Source: Nitrososphaerota archaeon (GTDB lineage: Archaea; Thermoproteota; Nitrososphaeria; Conexivisphaerales; UBA164). From it: 64,000 bases of DNA. The notes under the pieces were generated by a model. It had not been told where the DNA came from and made no database searches. It saw nothing but the letters and a program-made list of their open reading frames with translations. Both the position numbers and the translations under genes were made by a program. Positions within the stretch are counted from its first letter, which is position 1. The number at the start of each line of letters is the position of its first letter. This document shows positions 55,548-64,000 of this stretch, piece by piece. Location: positions 9,817 through 73,816 of the forward strand of contig JAFLXO010000004.1 of the NCBI GenBank assembly GCA_029786595.1. Direction: 5' to 3'.

Positions 55548-56557
55548 AACAGATAATAGTCAAGCTGCCTAACGATCAGGCAGCGGCAAGGCCGCTGATC
55601 CAGGCCGCAAACTCTTACGGTGTGTCGTCGTTCGTGAGTGAAGGCCATCATGATGTTGGGTCCGGAACGCTCTACGCTGAAAGTTCCTTCCGAATTGCCA
55701 CCATAACCACCCAGCAGGACATTCTGGACATAAGCGAAGCCAATGTAGGAAATAAGGGAAATGAAAAAGGAGATAAAGGCCTTAACATTCTGATCCGGAC
55801 GGCGGACTGGAGAGTCATCCCGCTAGAAAACCTAATCTCACGCGTACAGGGTAAGGGGGTTCACGTTTTCGCCGAAGCCAGGGATAAGGCCGACGCGGTC
55901 ATGCTCAGTGGCGTACTGGAGGAGGGGGTGGAGGGCGTAATCATCGAGCCTCATGACGCCGAAGAGCTATTTGAGTATTTGGACGCGATGGGGCTGGGCA
56001 GATATAAAATAGACCTGATACCAGCTACGGTTACATCTATAGAAGTAGTGGGCATTGGAGAAAGGAGCTGTATAGATACCGCCAACCTGCTTCACCAGGG
56101 CGAGGGCATGTTGCTGGGCTCCTTCAGTTCCTTTTTCTTTTTGATCCATGCCGAGGTGGCAGCTACGAGCTTTACAAGCCCAAGGCCTTTCCGCGTAAAT
56201 GCTGGGGGTATTCACAACTATATAATGCTCCCAGATGGTAGGACCAAATATCTTTCTGAAGTCACGGCGGGGGATCACGTGCTTGTTGTATCAGCGGAGG
56301 GAGAAGGCAGGAGGGCCATAGTGGGTAGGTCAAAGATTGAGAGGCGGCCGCTGGCGTTGATCAGGGCTTCCACGGAACACCTCTCCGGATCCGTTATACT
56401 GCAGTACGCTGAAACCATTTCACTGCTCGACGCGGATAGGAAGCCGATTCCAGTCACCTCACTCAAGGGAGGTGATACCGTGCTCATCCATCCTGTCGTT
56501 GGGCCGAAGGGTAGGCACTTTGGCGTAGCTATAGATGAAACTATTATAGAAAAATGA
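55544..56557 (+). CDS. 3-dehydroquinate synthase II (archaeal AroB-prime)
   Basis: WRVIPLENLIS and RPFRVNAGGIHNYI, at 337 aa, typical of DHQ synthase type II. Confidence 0.75.
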   Translation: MKQIIVKLPNDQAAARPLIQAANSYGVSSFVSEGHHDVGSGTLYAESSFRIATITTQQDILDISEANVGNKGNEKGDKGLNILIRTADWRVIPLENLISRVQGKGVHVFAEARDKADAVMLSGVLEEGVEGVIIEPHDAEELFEYLDAMGLGRYKIDLIPATVTSIEVVGIGERSCIDTANLLHQGEGMLLGSFSSFFFLIHAEVAATSFTSPRPFRVNAGGIHNYIMLPDGRTKYLSEVTAGDHVLVVSAEGEGRRAIVGRSKIERRPLALIRASTEHLSGSVILQYAETISLLDADRKPIPVTSLKGGDTVLIHPVVGPKGRHFGVAIDETIIEK

Positions 56558-57240
56558 AGTTCGCTATAGTAGTCAGCATAAGAGGCAGGAGCCTTGCTGA
56601 AATGGTGACCAAGGCTATGAAGGTCGCCGATGACGTCATGTTTGAGTTCAGGCTTGATTCAATTTCGGAAGAATATTCGAAGGATATAGGGAACGCGCGG
56701 TTACCGGAGAGCCTGTCCCGAAGGTCTATATTGACCTATAGAGTCCCCAATGAGGGAGGGCTGAGCCGTGCCTATAGCGTCGACAGGCTGATCCAGCTCA
56801 TCAGGTCCTGTTCGAGCGAGCCACCTGCGTTCGTGGACGTCGAATCTTCATCCATTGACGATAATCTTGTAGCTGCGGAATTAAAACGGTACAGCGGAAG
56901 GCTCATCATATCCAGCCATCTTGCTGACGGCGGAACTTCGGTTGAGGGGCTGTTTGAGCACTGGCTAAAGTGGAAGGGAACAGCCCATTATATTAAGGTC
57001 ATAAACATGCCTGCCACTCTTCATGAAGCTCTTCTAAGCCTCGAGCTTTATGGGCGTGTTGACCCCCTCAGATTGATATCGTTTTCTGCTGGAAAACGCT
57101 GGAGTTTCACACGATTTACATCTGTATTTCTTGGTTCGCCTCTATTTTACTCTTGCCTGCCGGGGGAGCCGCTGGCCGACGGTCAACCGACCGTACAGGA
57201 GGCCGTTAAATTCAAGAAGGCAATAGAGGATGGAGCATAA
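56554..57240 (+). CDS. aroD: 3-dehydroquinate dehydratase, type I
   Basis: FEFRLD and IISSH, a Lys in HYIKVINM, and operon position. Confidence 0.65.
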   Translation: MKFAIVVSIRGRSLAEMVTKAMKVADDVMFEFRLDSISEEYSKDIGNARLPESLSRRSILTYRVPNEGGLSRAYSVDRLIQLIRSCSSEPPAFVDVESSSIDDNLVAAELKRYSGRLIISSHLADGGTSVEGLFEHWLKWKGTAHYIKVINMPATLHEALLSLELYGRVDPLRLISFSAGKRWSFTRFTSVFLGSPLFYSCLPGEPLADGQPTVQEAVKFKKAIEDGA

Positions 57241-58015
57241 ACTTTACGGGATACTCGGGCATCCGATTTCGGGATCGCTTTCACCAATAATTCAGAACAT
57301 CGCGCTTGAGCGGCTGGGCGCTAGGTATGTACCATTTGATGTTGAACCTGATGATTTTGATACGGCGGTGGCCGGGTTAAGGGTGTTGAGCGATGGATTC
57401 AACGTGACAATTCCTTACAAGCGAACAATAGTGAGGTATATTGATGAATTATTTGGATTTGCACGGGATATCAGGGTCGTCAACACGGTGAGGGTAAAGG
57501 CGGGGCGCCTGGAGGGTTTTAACACCGATGTTACTGCGCTCATATCGCTTTTGAAGGAAAGGGGTATGAAGGTGGCTGGCTTGAGTTGCCTTATAGTAGG
57601 GGCTGGCGGCGCAGCAAGGGCTGCCGTAGCGGCTCTTAGGGAGTTGGGGTGCAATGATTTCGGCGTATTTAACAGGACGCCACAGAACACCGAGGAGCTT
57701 ATCGGGGTCATCAGGGAAGGTGGTAGCGGTGCTGAAGAGGTACTGCCCAATGTGGATGTTCAAAAATGGAATATACTGGTAAATGCGACGCCTATGGGGA
57801 TGTATGGCGACGATTCCATCCTTATGAAAATACAGAGGGCCGGCCACTTTAGCTTGGTCATAGATTTCGCTTACAAGAGGGGTTCCACGCGCCTAGCAAA
57901 TGAGGCCGGCGTCGCTATAAGCGGTCTAGATCTGCTTATTGAGCAGGCAGCCCAATCGATCAAGATCTGGACTGGTTTGGATCCCGACAGAAGGGCTATG
58001 AGGGGTAGCATTTGA
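57230..58015 (+). CDS. aroE: Shikimate 5-dehydrogenase
   Basis: LYGILGHPISGSLSPIIQN, FNVTIPYK, NTD and a VGAGGAARA Rossmann motif. Confidence 0.8.
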   Translation: MEHKLYGILGHPISGSLSPIIQNIALERLGARYVPFDVEPDDFDTAVAGLRVLSDGFNVTIPYKRTIVRYIDELFGFARDIRVVNTVRVKAGRLEGFNTDVTALISLLKERGMKVAGLSCLIVGAGGAARAAVAALRELGCNDFGVFNRTPQNTEELIGVIREGGSGAEEVLPNVDVQKWNILVNATPMGMYGDDSILMKIQRAGHFSLVIDFAYKRGSTRLANEAGVAISGLDLLIEQAAQSIKIWTGLDPDRRAMRGSI

Positions 58016-58863
58016 GCGTAACCGTCAGATCCAGCGGTGCAGTTTCCCTCCTGAATGCTATCCCGTCAGGTGTTGGTTCTGCCATGGGAGTTGAACTTCC
58101 AATTGAAGTCACCGTCAAGGAAAGTGAGAGCCTAGGTCTCATGGGTGATAAAACAGACGGCCTCATCGAAACTACATGGCAGCTCTTGGAAGGTAGGCTC
58201 AAGCGCAAATCAGGCATAGAATACAGCATAAGATCAGAGGTTCCAGCATCAAGGGGGTTGAAGAGCTCAAGCGGATTGACCATCGCTTTTATAGCGGCCG
58301 TATCCAGGCTTTTTGATATGAACCTCACGGACGAGGAGATGGTGAAGATCAGCGCAAACTCCTCCATAGCTGCCGGCGTCTCCGTTACAGGCTCGTACGA
58401 CGATGCCTATGCGGCCCTTCTAGGTGGCATTGTGCTCACCGATAGCCGGAGTGGGCAGCTGATAAGAAGGACCATGCCACCGGACGGTATAGAAGTCCTG
58501 ATAGCTTATAATGCACGTGTCAAGCCCATTGTGGACCCCTCAAGATATCGCGACCTACGGGATGAGTCGATGGTCATATGGAACCTCATACTGCACGGAG
58601 GGTTTGGTGTCCCTATCGTCCTTAACGGGCTTATGGTTTCTGCTATATGTGGATATGACTCTAAACCGCTTATTAATGGGCTGGCACATGGGGCTCTGAG
58701 TTGCGGTGTATCGGGCACTGGCCCATCAATCTTTTTCATAGCAAAGGATGGAGATGGACATCGGCTGGAATCTATCCTTAGAAGTACATCATTAAGGGGC
58801 TGGAGCACGATCCTGGTAAAGCCTAGGGTCAACAGGATTTCGGTGAGTTGTGTTGGCCTTTAA
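58012..58863 (+). CDS. Archaeal (GHMP-type) shikimate kinase
   Basis: GHMP motif II is EVPASRGLKSSSGLTIAF. Size and operon position match archaeal shikimate kinase. Confidence 0.7.
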   Translation: MSVTVRSSGAVSLLNAIPSGVGSAMGVELPIEVTVKESESLGLMGDKTDGLIETTWQLLEGRLKRKSGIEYSIRSEVPASRGLKSSSGLTIAFIAAVSRLFDMNLTDEEMVKISANSSIAAGVSVTGSYDDAYAALLGGIVLTDSRSGQLIRRTMPPDGIEVLIAYNARVKPIVDPSRYRDLRDESMVIWNLILHGGFGVPIVLNGLMVSAICGYDSKPLINGLAHGALSCGVSGTGPSIFFIAKDGDGHRLESILRSTSLRGWSTILVKPRVNRISVSCVGL

Positions 58864-60142
58864 GTTGAAATATGGCTGGAAGGAAGGGGCGGCATTGGTA
58901 CCGCCACCCAGCAAGAGTTATGCCCAGAGAGCCCTAATCGTGGCGTCCCTCGCCGAAGGTAGAAGCCATTTAAAGATGAGTGAGGTTGAAGCTGAGGACA
59001 TATCTATAATGGTGTCAGCTCTGAAGGAATTCGGCGTTCAGATAGAGGTTGGCCATGAGGTAACTGCCATAGACGGTGGACACCTTAGGGCACCCGCGCA
59101 GCCGGTTAACTGCGGCCTGTCCGGGGCTACCATCAGATTCTTAACTTCATTTTCAACTTTAGTCCCCAATGGGTCAGTGCTCCTCACCGGCGAACCCGAC
59201 CTTCTGAGAAGGCCCATAGGTCCTCTCATTGATGCTATAACAAAGCTTGGAGGAAGCGCCGAGTCCCTGAGGGTTAGTGGTTTTCCTCCAGTAAGGGTAA
59301 AGGGGGGTGGATTGAAGGGTGGGTTTGCCGTAGTCGAGAGCTCATCCTCCTCGCAGTTCATCAGTTCCCTTTTGATGGTTTCGCCTTTAGCTAAAGAAGG
59401 TGTACGGCTCGAGGCTAAGGGCTTGGTATCTAGTCCCTATGTTGAAATGACAATCAGTACTATGAAGGATTTCGGTGTAATGGTCAGAAGCGAGGGGATG
59501 ACCTTCAGTGTGCATGGTGGAGGATATAATTACGCCGATTTTGACGTCCCAGCTGACATGTCGGCCGCCTCCTTCTTTATGTGCATGGCCGTGCTCAGGA
59601 ATAGCGCCATCAAGATAGGCCATGTCAACCTTGCTCGGCCGCAGGCTGATTCCAAAATAGTGGATATTTTAAGGCTACTTGGGGTTACGGTGACAGTGGA
59701 CGGAGACAGCATACAGGTCAGGATGAGGGACGGAGAGCTTCGTAGCGATGTTGAAATAGACCTGAAGGATTCTCCAGATATATTTCCTCCTCTAGCTACG
59801 CTAGGTCTCCTGATCCCCATTACATTCAGAGGGATAGCACATACCAGGCTAAAGGAAAGCGACAGAATAAGGGCCATGGGGACAGAGCTAACTAGGCTGG
59901 GGGCGAACGTCTTGACCTTTGATGATGGAGTACGTATTGTACCACCGAAAGATCTAAAACGCGGCGTAAGGTTAAATGGGTGGAACGATCACAGGGTCGT
60001 AATGGCGTTAAGTATTGCTGATGCAGCGCTGGAGCTGGACTGTACCATTGAAGGTAGGGACGCTGTGCGGAAGTCCTATCCGGGCTTCTTCAGGGATCTA
60101 GGGCTTATGGGCATCGAGGTTGAAAACGAGCATGTCCGATAA
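58850..60142 (+). CDS. aroA: 3-phosphoshikimate 1-carboxyvinyltransferase (EPSP synthase)
   Basis: PPSKSYAQRALIVASLAEG, LLRRPIGPLIDA, SSQFISSLLM, LKESDRI and NDHRVVMA. Confidence 0.85.
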   Translation: MLAFKLKYGWKEGAALVPPPSKSYAQRALIVASLAEGRSHLKMSEVEAEDISIMVSALKEFGVQIEVGHEVTAIDGGHLRAPAQPVNCGLSGATIRFLTSFSTLVPNGSVLLTGEPDLLRRPIGPLIDAITKLGGSAESLRVSGFPPVRVKGGGLKGGFAVVESSSSSQFISSLLMVSPLAKEGVRLEAKGLVSSPYVEMTISTMKDFGVMVRSEGMTFSVHGGGYNYADFDVPADMSAASFFMCMAVLRNSAIKIGHVNLARPQADSKIVDILRLLGVTVTVDGDSIQVRMRDGELRSDVEIDLKDSPDIFPPLATLGLLIPITFRGIAHTRLKESDRIRAMGTELTRLGANVLTFDDGVRIVPPKDLKRGVRLNGWNDHRVVMALSIADAALELDCTIEGRDAVRKSYPGFFRDLGLMGIEVENEHVR

Positions 60143-61238
60143 TAGCTTTGGCCAGGCGCTTCGTATGACGTCCTTTGGCGAAAGCCATGGGAAGGCTGTA
60201 GGGGTGGTCATTGAGGGCCTGCCTGCCGGCTTGGTAGTCGACCAGGAAAAGATACAGATATGGTTGGACAGAAGGAGGCCCGGTCAATCGAAGTTGTCCA
60301 GCAATAGAAAGGAGTCAGATATTATAAATCTGTTGTCGGGCATATACAAGGATAGGACGACTGGGGCACCGCTTACGGCAGTAGTTCAAAACGAAGACGT
60401 CATGCCAGAGTTCTATAATGATATCGAGGCTGGCTGGGCTAGGCCTGGCCATGCCGATTACCCTGCTTTTGTCAAGTATGGCGGTTATAACGACCCCCGG
60501 GGAGGGGGCAGATTTTCGGCACGCATAACGGTTGGCTTTGTAATAGCGGGGGCTATATCGCATTCGCTGATCAAGGAAAGCCTTGGTATAGATGTTGTGG
60601 CATATGTAAAACGGATAGGGGCAGTTGAGGCGAGGGGGCTGAACTTTGAGGAAGCCTTAAATAGATATGATTATTCGATGAGATGCCCCGAAGCTGAAGC
60701 AAATGAAAGGATGGAGCAGGAGGTCTCCTCGGCTAAAAAGGACGGTGATAGCGTTGGTGGGATAATCGAGTGCCTTACGACGCCAGTTCAGCCAGGGCTC
60801 GGACAGCCAGTCTTTTCATCACTTGATTCGGAACTGGCCAAGGGGCTGTTCTCCATACCTGCCGTCAAGGCCGTAGAATTTGGCGCCGGCTTTCAAGCCT
60901 CAGGCTGGCGGGGTTCCCGTAACAACGACATTTATGAAATAAGAGAGGATGCTATAAGGACTAGGACAAACAACAGCGGAGGCATAATTGGGGGGCTCAC
61001 TATAGGGGAGCCCTTGGTGATCAGGGTCGGGTTCAAGCCAACTTCTTCTATATATCTGCCTCAGCGAACGGTTAACTTTAAGGAGATGAAGGAAGGAACG
61101 CTCAGCCTTAAAGGAAGGCATGACCCCTGTGTGGTGCCTAGGGCGGTACCTATAGTGGAATCCATAGTTAGCTTTACGCTTGCTGATATGGCCATTCGTG
61201 GCGGTATGATAAAGCAGGTTCTGAGGAAGGACAGGTGA
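60120..61238 (+). CDS. aroC: Chorismate synthase
   Basis: FGESHGKAVGVVIEGLPAG, RPGHADY, GGGRFSARIT and KGRHDPCVVPRAVP. Confidence 0.9.
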   Translation: MKTSMSDNSFGQALRMTSFGESHGKAVGVVIEGLPAGLVVDQEKIQIWLDRRRPGQSKLSSNRKESDIINLLSGIYKDRTTGAPLTAVVQNEDVMPEFYNDIEAGWARPGHADYPAFVKYGGYNDPRGGGRFSARITVGFVIAGAISHSLIKESLGIDVVAYVKRIGAVEARGLNFEEALNRYDYSMRCPEAEANERMEQEVSSAKKDGDSVGGIIECLTTPVQPGLGQPVFSSLDSELAKGLFSIPAVKAVEFGAGFQASGWRGSRNNDIYEIREDAIRTRTNNSGGIIGGLTIGEPLVIRVGFKPTSSIYLPQRTVNFKEMKEGTLSLKGRHDPCVVPRAVPIVESIVSFTLADMAIRGGMIKQVLRKDR

Positions 61239-62551
61239 TCACGATGCAGGAGGAGCTTAGAAAGGGGGCCTGGGAAGAGCTCAGGAAAATGATGTGGTCC
61301 ATTAAAAGAAGAAGGGAGATATCTAAGAAGATAGGCCACGATAAGCGGCTGAACGGTGTGCCAACCGAGGATCCTGCGAGGGAGTCCGAGTTAAGAAGAT
61401 GGGTGAGGTCAGAATTCGGTGAAGATAAAATTTACGGCATCGTATTGAACACGATTCTAAGGGATTCCATAGAGCTTCAGGGATATAGGCCGCGCCCTGC
61501 AGTTCAGAGCGCTATGGTAGATTCTACTGGTAGAAAAAACATATTTGCCAACATAGGCGAACCTCACTTTGAAGATGCTGACCAGAAGATTATTAGCCTT
61601 GATATCAATAAAGTGCCCATAGATAGGTATTCCAGCCCTGGGGGTAGTTATGATGTTAAACAGGGGCTCGCAGAATTCATGTCCGGCCTCCTGGGCTATA
61701 ACGTTTCACCGGATGAAGTCATGTTCACGGAGGGGGGGCGGTTCGGCATCTACTCCGCACTGCTCGCTACTTCAAGGGGGAAGTCCACAGCCTTCTTCGA
61801 TCCATCGTGGCCAGCTTTCGAGGAGCTTGCATGGGAAGCTAATGCAAGGCCATATAAATTCGCGCTAACGGACGGGACGTGGGAAATTAAGCTACCACCG
61901 GTAATCAGCGATATCGACGGCTCAATAATACTGAACTCCCCGAGTAATCCTACGGGCCGGATTATGAGCATCGAGGATCTACGTTCTCTAAGGGAATCGA
62001 TGTCCAGTCGCGCTTACCTTATCGATGATGAATCCTATAGGGACCTGGTATTTGGGGAGAAGAAGGTTATATATCCAGGTGAAATTGGATTTGAACGCTT
62101 TGTTTGTATCTACAGTTTCTCAAAGGGGTTCGGCTTTCCCGGGCTAAGGATAGGGGTAGCCGTGGGGGATAGGGCGCTGATAAGCGAAATGGAGCGCATA
62201 CAGCAGAAGCTGCTTACGTCGCCTCCAGTATATGACCAGGCACTTGCAATGGAGTTGATTAAACACAGGGAGGTACTAGAGGCTCACAGAATTGAATCGC
62301 AGAAGAAGATGGAATTGACATACCGGGCTATATCTGACAACAAAAGATATGAATTTAGCAGGCCCGATGGCGGACTCTACTTCTTCATACGGGACAGGAT
62401 GAACGCCACCCCTTGGGTTTCACTTATGAGAAACGGCCTTGCTACGGCACCAGGCACATCCTTCGGCAATTATCCAAACTATTTCCGCTTCACCTTTCTC
62501 TTAAAAATGGCCGACCTCAATGAAGCTCTGTCAATCCTGAAGCGCTCATAA
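61235..62551 (+). CDS. Fusion: AroQ-type chorismate mutase (N-terminal ~90 aa) + class I/II aminotransferase
   Basis: The N-terminus LRK...IKRRREISKKIGHDKRLNGVPTEDPARESEL...SIELQ follows the AroQ pattern (R..R...K...DP.RE...Q). The C-terminal part has NSPSNPTG and YSFSKGFGFPGLRIG (PLP Lys). Confidence 0.7.
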   Translation: MITMQEELRKGAWEELRKMMWSIKRRREISKKIGHDKRLNGVPTEDPARESELRRWVRSEFGEDKIYGIVLNTILRDSIELQGYRPRPAVQSAMVDSTGRKNIFANIGEPHFEDADQKIISLDINKVPIDRYSSPGGSYDVKQGLAEFMSGLLGYNVSPDEVMFTEGGRFGIYSALLATSRGKSTAFFDPSWPAFEELAWEANARPYKFALTDGTWEIKLPPVISDIDGSIILNSPSNPTGRIMSIEDLRSLRESMSSRAYLIDDESYRDLVFGEKKVIYPGEIGFERFVCIYSFSKGFGFPGLRIGVAVGDRALISEMERIQQKLLTSPPVYDQALAMELIKHREVLEAHRIESQKKMELTYRAISDNKRYEFSRPDGGLYFFIRDRMNATPWVSLMRNGLATAPGTSFGNYPNYFRFTFLLKMADLNEALSILKRS

Positions 62552-62577
62552 AAGCGCATAATATTTATAAGGTATAG

Positions 62578-63027
<450 letters not shown>

Positions 63028-63155
63028 ATCTTTTTATAAATAAATTGCAATAATATACACGCATTGGCCTATGGCGTGAATTTCAAATTTTTATATCCTG
63101 ATAATTTTTATGTGATTCATAGTATCAGTGCAAATAGTACGGCCCGTTAAATTTT

Positions 63156-63866
63156 TTAGGTGTATATTTCAGTTCCTTTTCCTCTTTCTTCCTTGGGTGA
63201 TTCTTCCCTTTGTATGTTTGCTTCAATCGTTTCAGCTCCCTTGATCAATTCTGAGACATCTATGCTGAGCCCGTAATATCTTCCTATAAGGTTTACGGCC
63301 TCCGCCGCAGCCCTTGGATCCAACCTTTCAGGGGAGGCGTAGACCAGCAGGGCAGCAGCCGGGAAATTCATTATTTCGAAATAATTCAGGAGCACAGCTA
63401 CTGGGCCAACTATTATATGGTCATCCTCTAGGACTTCGGCTGATAACAGCTCATCGCGTGCCTCAAAGGCCCTAGTTTTAACTATCCTATATGAAGAGTC
63501 ATCCCTTTTAAGGTTAACGTCCAGCCCTCCTATAAGAAGCACCTCCTTGACGCCCTTCTCGATCAGCAGCCTTCCTAGTTCCTTGTAAAATTCCACTTCA
63601 TGTTCCTTCTGTACAGGTACCTCAACCTTCAGTGCGCTTATATCGTCATTGGTAAATATTTCATAGGGAGTGCTTATCGATTTTCCAATTACGGTCGATA
63701 CGGGCGCAGCCAAGTCGGAGTCCAGGTACGCCAGCCTATGCATTCCTGCTTCCTTGATGATGTGCTTAATGCTCCAGTAACCGGCGGCACCTATCCCGTG
63801 AAAGCCTGCTATTAGGCTCTTTCCCCTGAAATCAGCTTCTTCTGGATAAAACCTTATATATACCAT
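63156..63866 (-). CDS. PAC2-family proteasome assembly chaperone-like protein
   Basis: LIAGFHGIGAAGYWSIKHII near the N-terminus (the GFpGiG motif of PAC2/COG1938). It is 236 aa. Confidence 0.65.
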   Translation of the reverse strand: MVYIRFYPEEADFRGKSLIAGFHGIGAAGYWSIKHIIKEAGMHRLAYLDSDLAAPVSTVIGKSISTPYEIFTNDDISALKVEVPVQKEHEVEFYKELGRLLIEKGVKEVLLIGGLDVNLKRDDSSYRIVKTRAFEARDELLSAEVLEDDHIIVGPVAVLLNYFEIMNFPAAALLVYASPERLDPRAAAEAVNLIGRYYGLSIDVSELIKGAETIEANIQREESPKEERGKGTEIYT

Positions 63867-63919
63867 GATTGGAGGATGGTCTGTTTTAGGTAATCTAAAA
63901 ACATAGCGGTAGAAGTATA

Positions 63920-64000
63920 TTGAAAGTAAAAGTTTTGGGCGCTGCGAAAAAGGTTGGCTGTTCCGGGTTCCTGCTTACTTCGAGCGGCCAGTCGCTGTTG
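63920..64000 (+). CDS. Metallo-beta-lactamase/beta-CASP-like protein, 5' end only (TTG start), tentative
   Basis: Own translation: (M)KVKVLGAAKKVGCSGFLLTSSGQSLL, resembling the N-terminus of MBL-fold beta-CASP RNases (hxxLGgaxEVGrSc). The gene runs off the window. Confidence 0.4.
   Translation, partial: MKVKVLGAAKKVGCSGFLLTSSGQSLL

Overview
This is an archaeal chromosome segment, Thermoplasmatales-like by gene content: family-B DNA polymerase, S17e, aSUI1, Cgi121, a PAC2 chaperone, the ASA/DKFP-type shikimate pathway, and an N-terminally extended di-cluster ferredoxin. All calls come from reading the ORF translations and the DNA by eye. No searches or computations were run, and GC statements are rough hand counts.

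Housekeeping content:
- polB interrupted by a 188-aa mini-intein in motif C, plus leuS, rps17e, rpiA and aSUI1.
- tRNA-Thr(UGU) and tRNA-Arg(GCG).
- A cluster of a Mo-hydroxylase (FAD, 2Fe-2S and Mo subunits) with amidohydrolases, UbiX and an ITPase.
- A tightly overlapped ten-gene run: aspartate kinase, asd, ADH synthase, DHQ synthase II, aroD, aroE, archaeal shikimate kinase, aroA, aroC, and a chorismate-mutase/aminotransferase fusion.

The accessory part is an integrative element of about 17.9 kb (15461-33322) inserted at the 3' end of tRNA-Thr and bounded by an 18/19-bp direct repeat. Its GC-richer backbone carries:
- a tyrosine integrase;
- an excisionase-type HTH ORF;
- an iteron-like origin region;
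- a D5/P4-type SF3 helicase bracketed by a perfect 41-bp inverted repeat built on GGAACCGCC 9-mers.

AT-rich cargo is inserted into that backbone:
- a two-gene ABC-ATPase + TOPRIM-like module (PARIS/AbiL/OLD-like). I rate this the best candidate for an uncharacterised archaeal defence system;
- a single-chain nuclease-methylase-TRD restriction enzyme;
- an orphan 252-aa wHTH protein;
- decayed remnants: an IS110 transposase with an in-frame stop, a HerA/FtsK-like ATPase tail, and a DUF499-like head;
- a PKD-repeat surface protein (GC-richer than the cargo above).

Outside the element, a ubiquitin-like beta-grasp domain fused to Cgi121 is notable.
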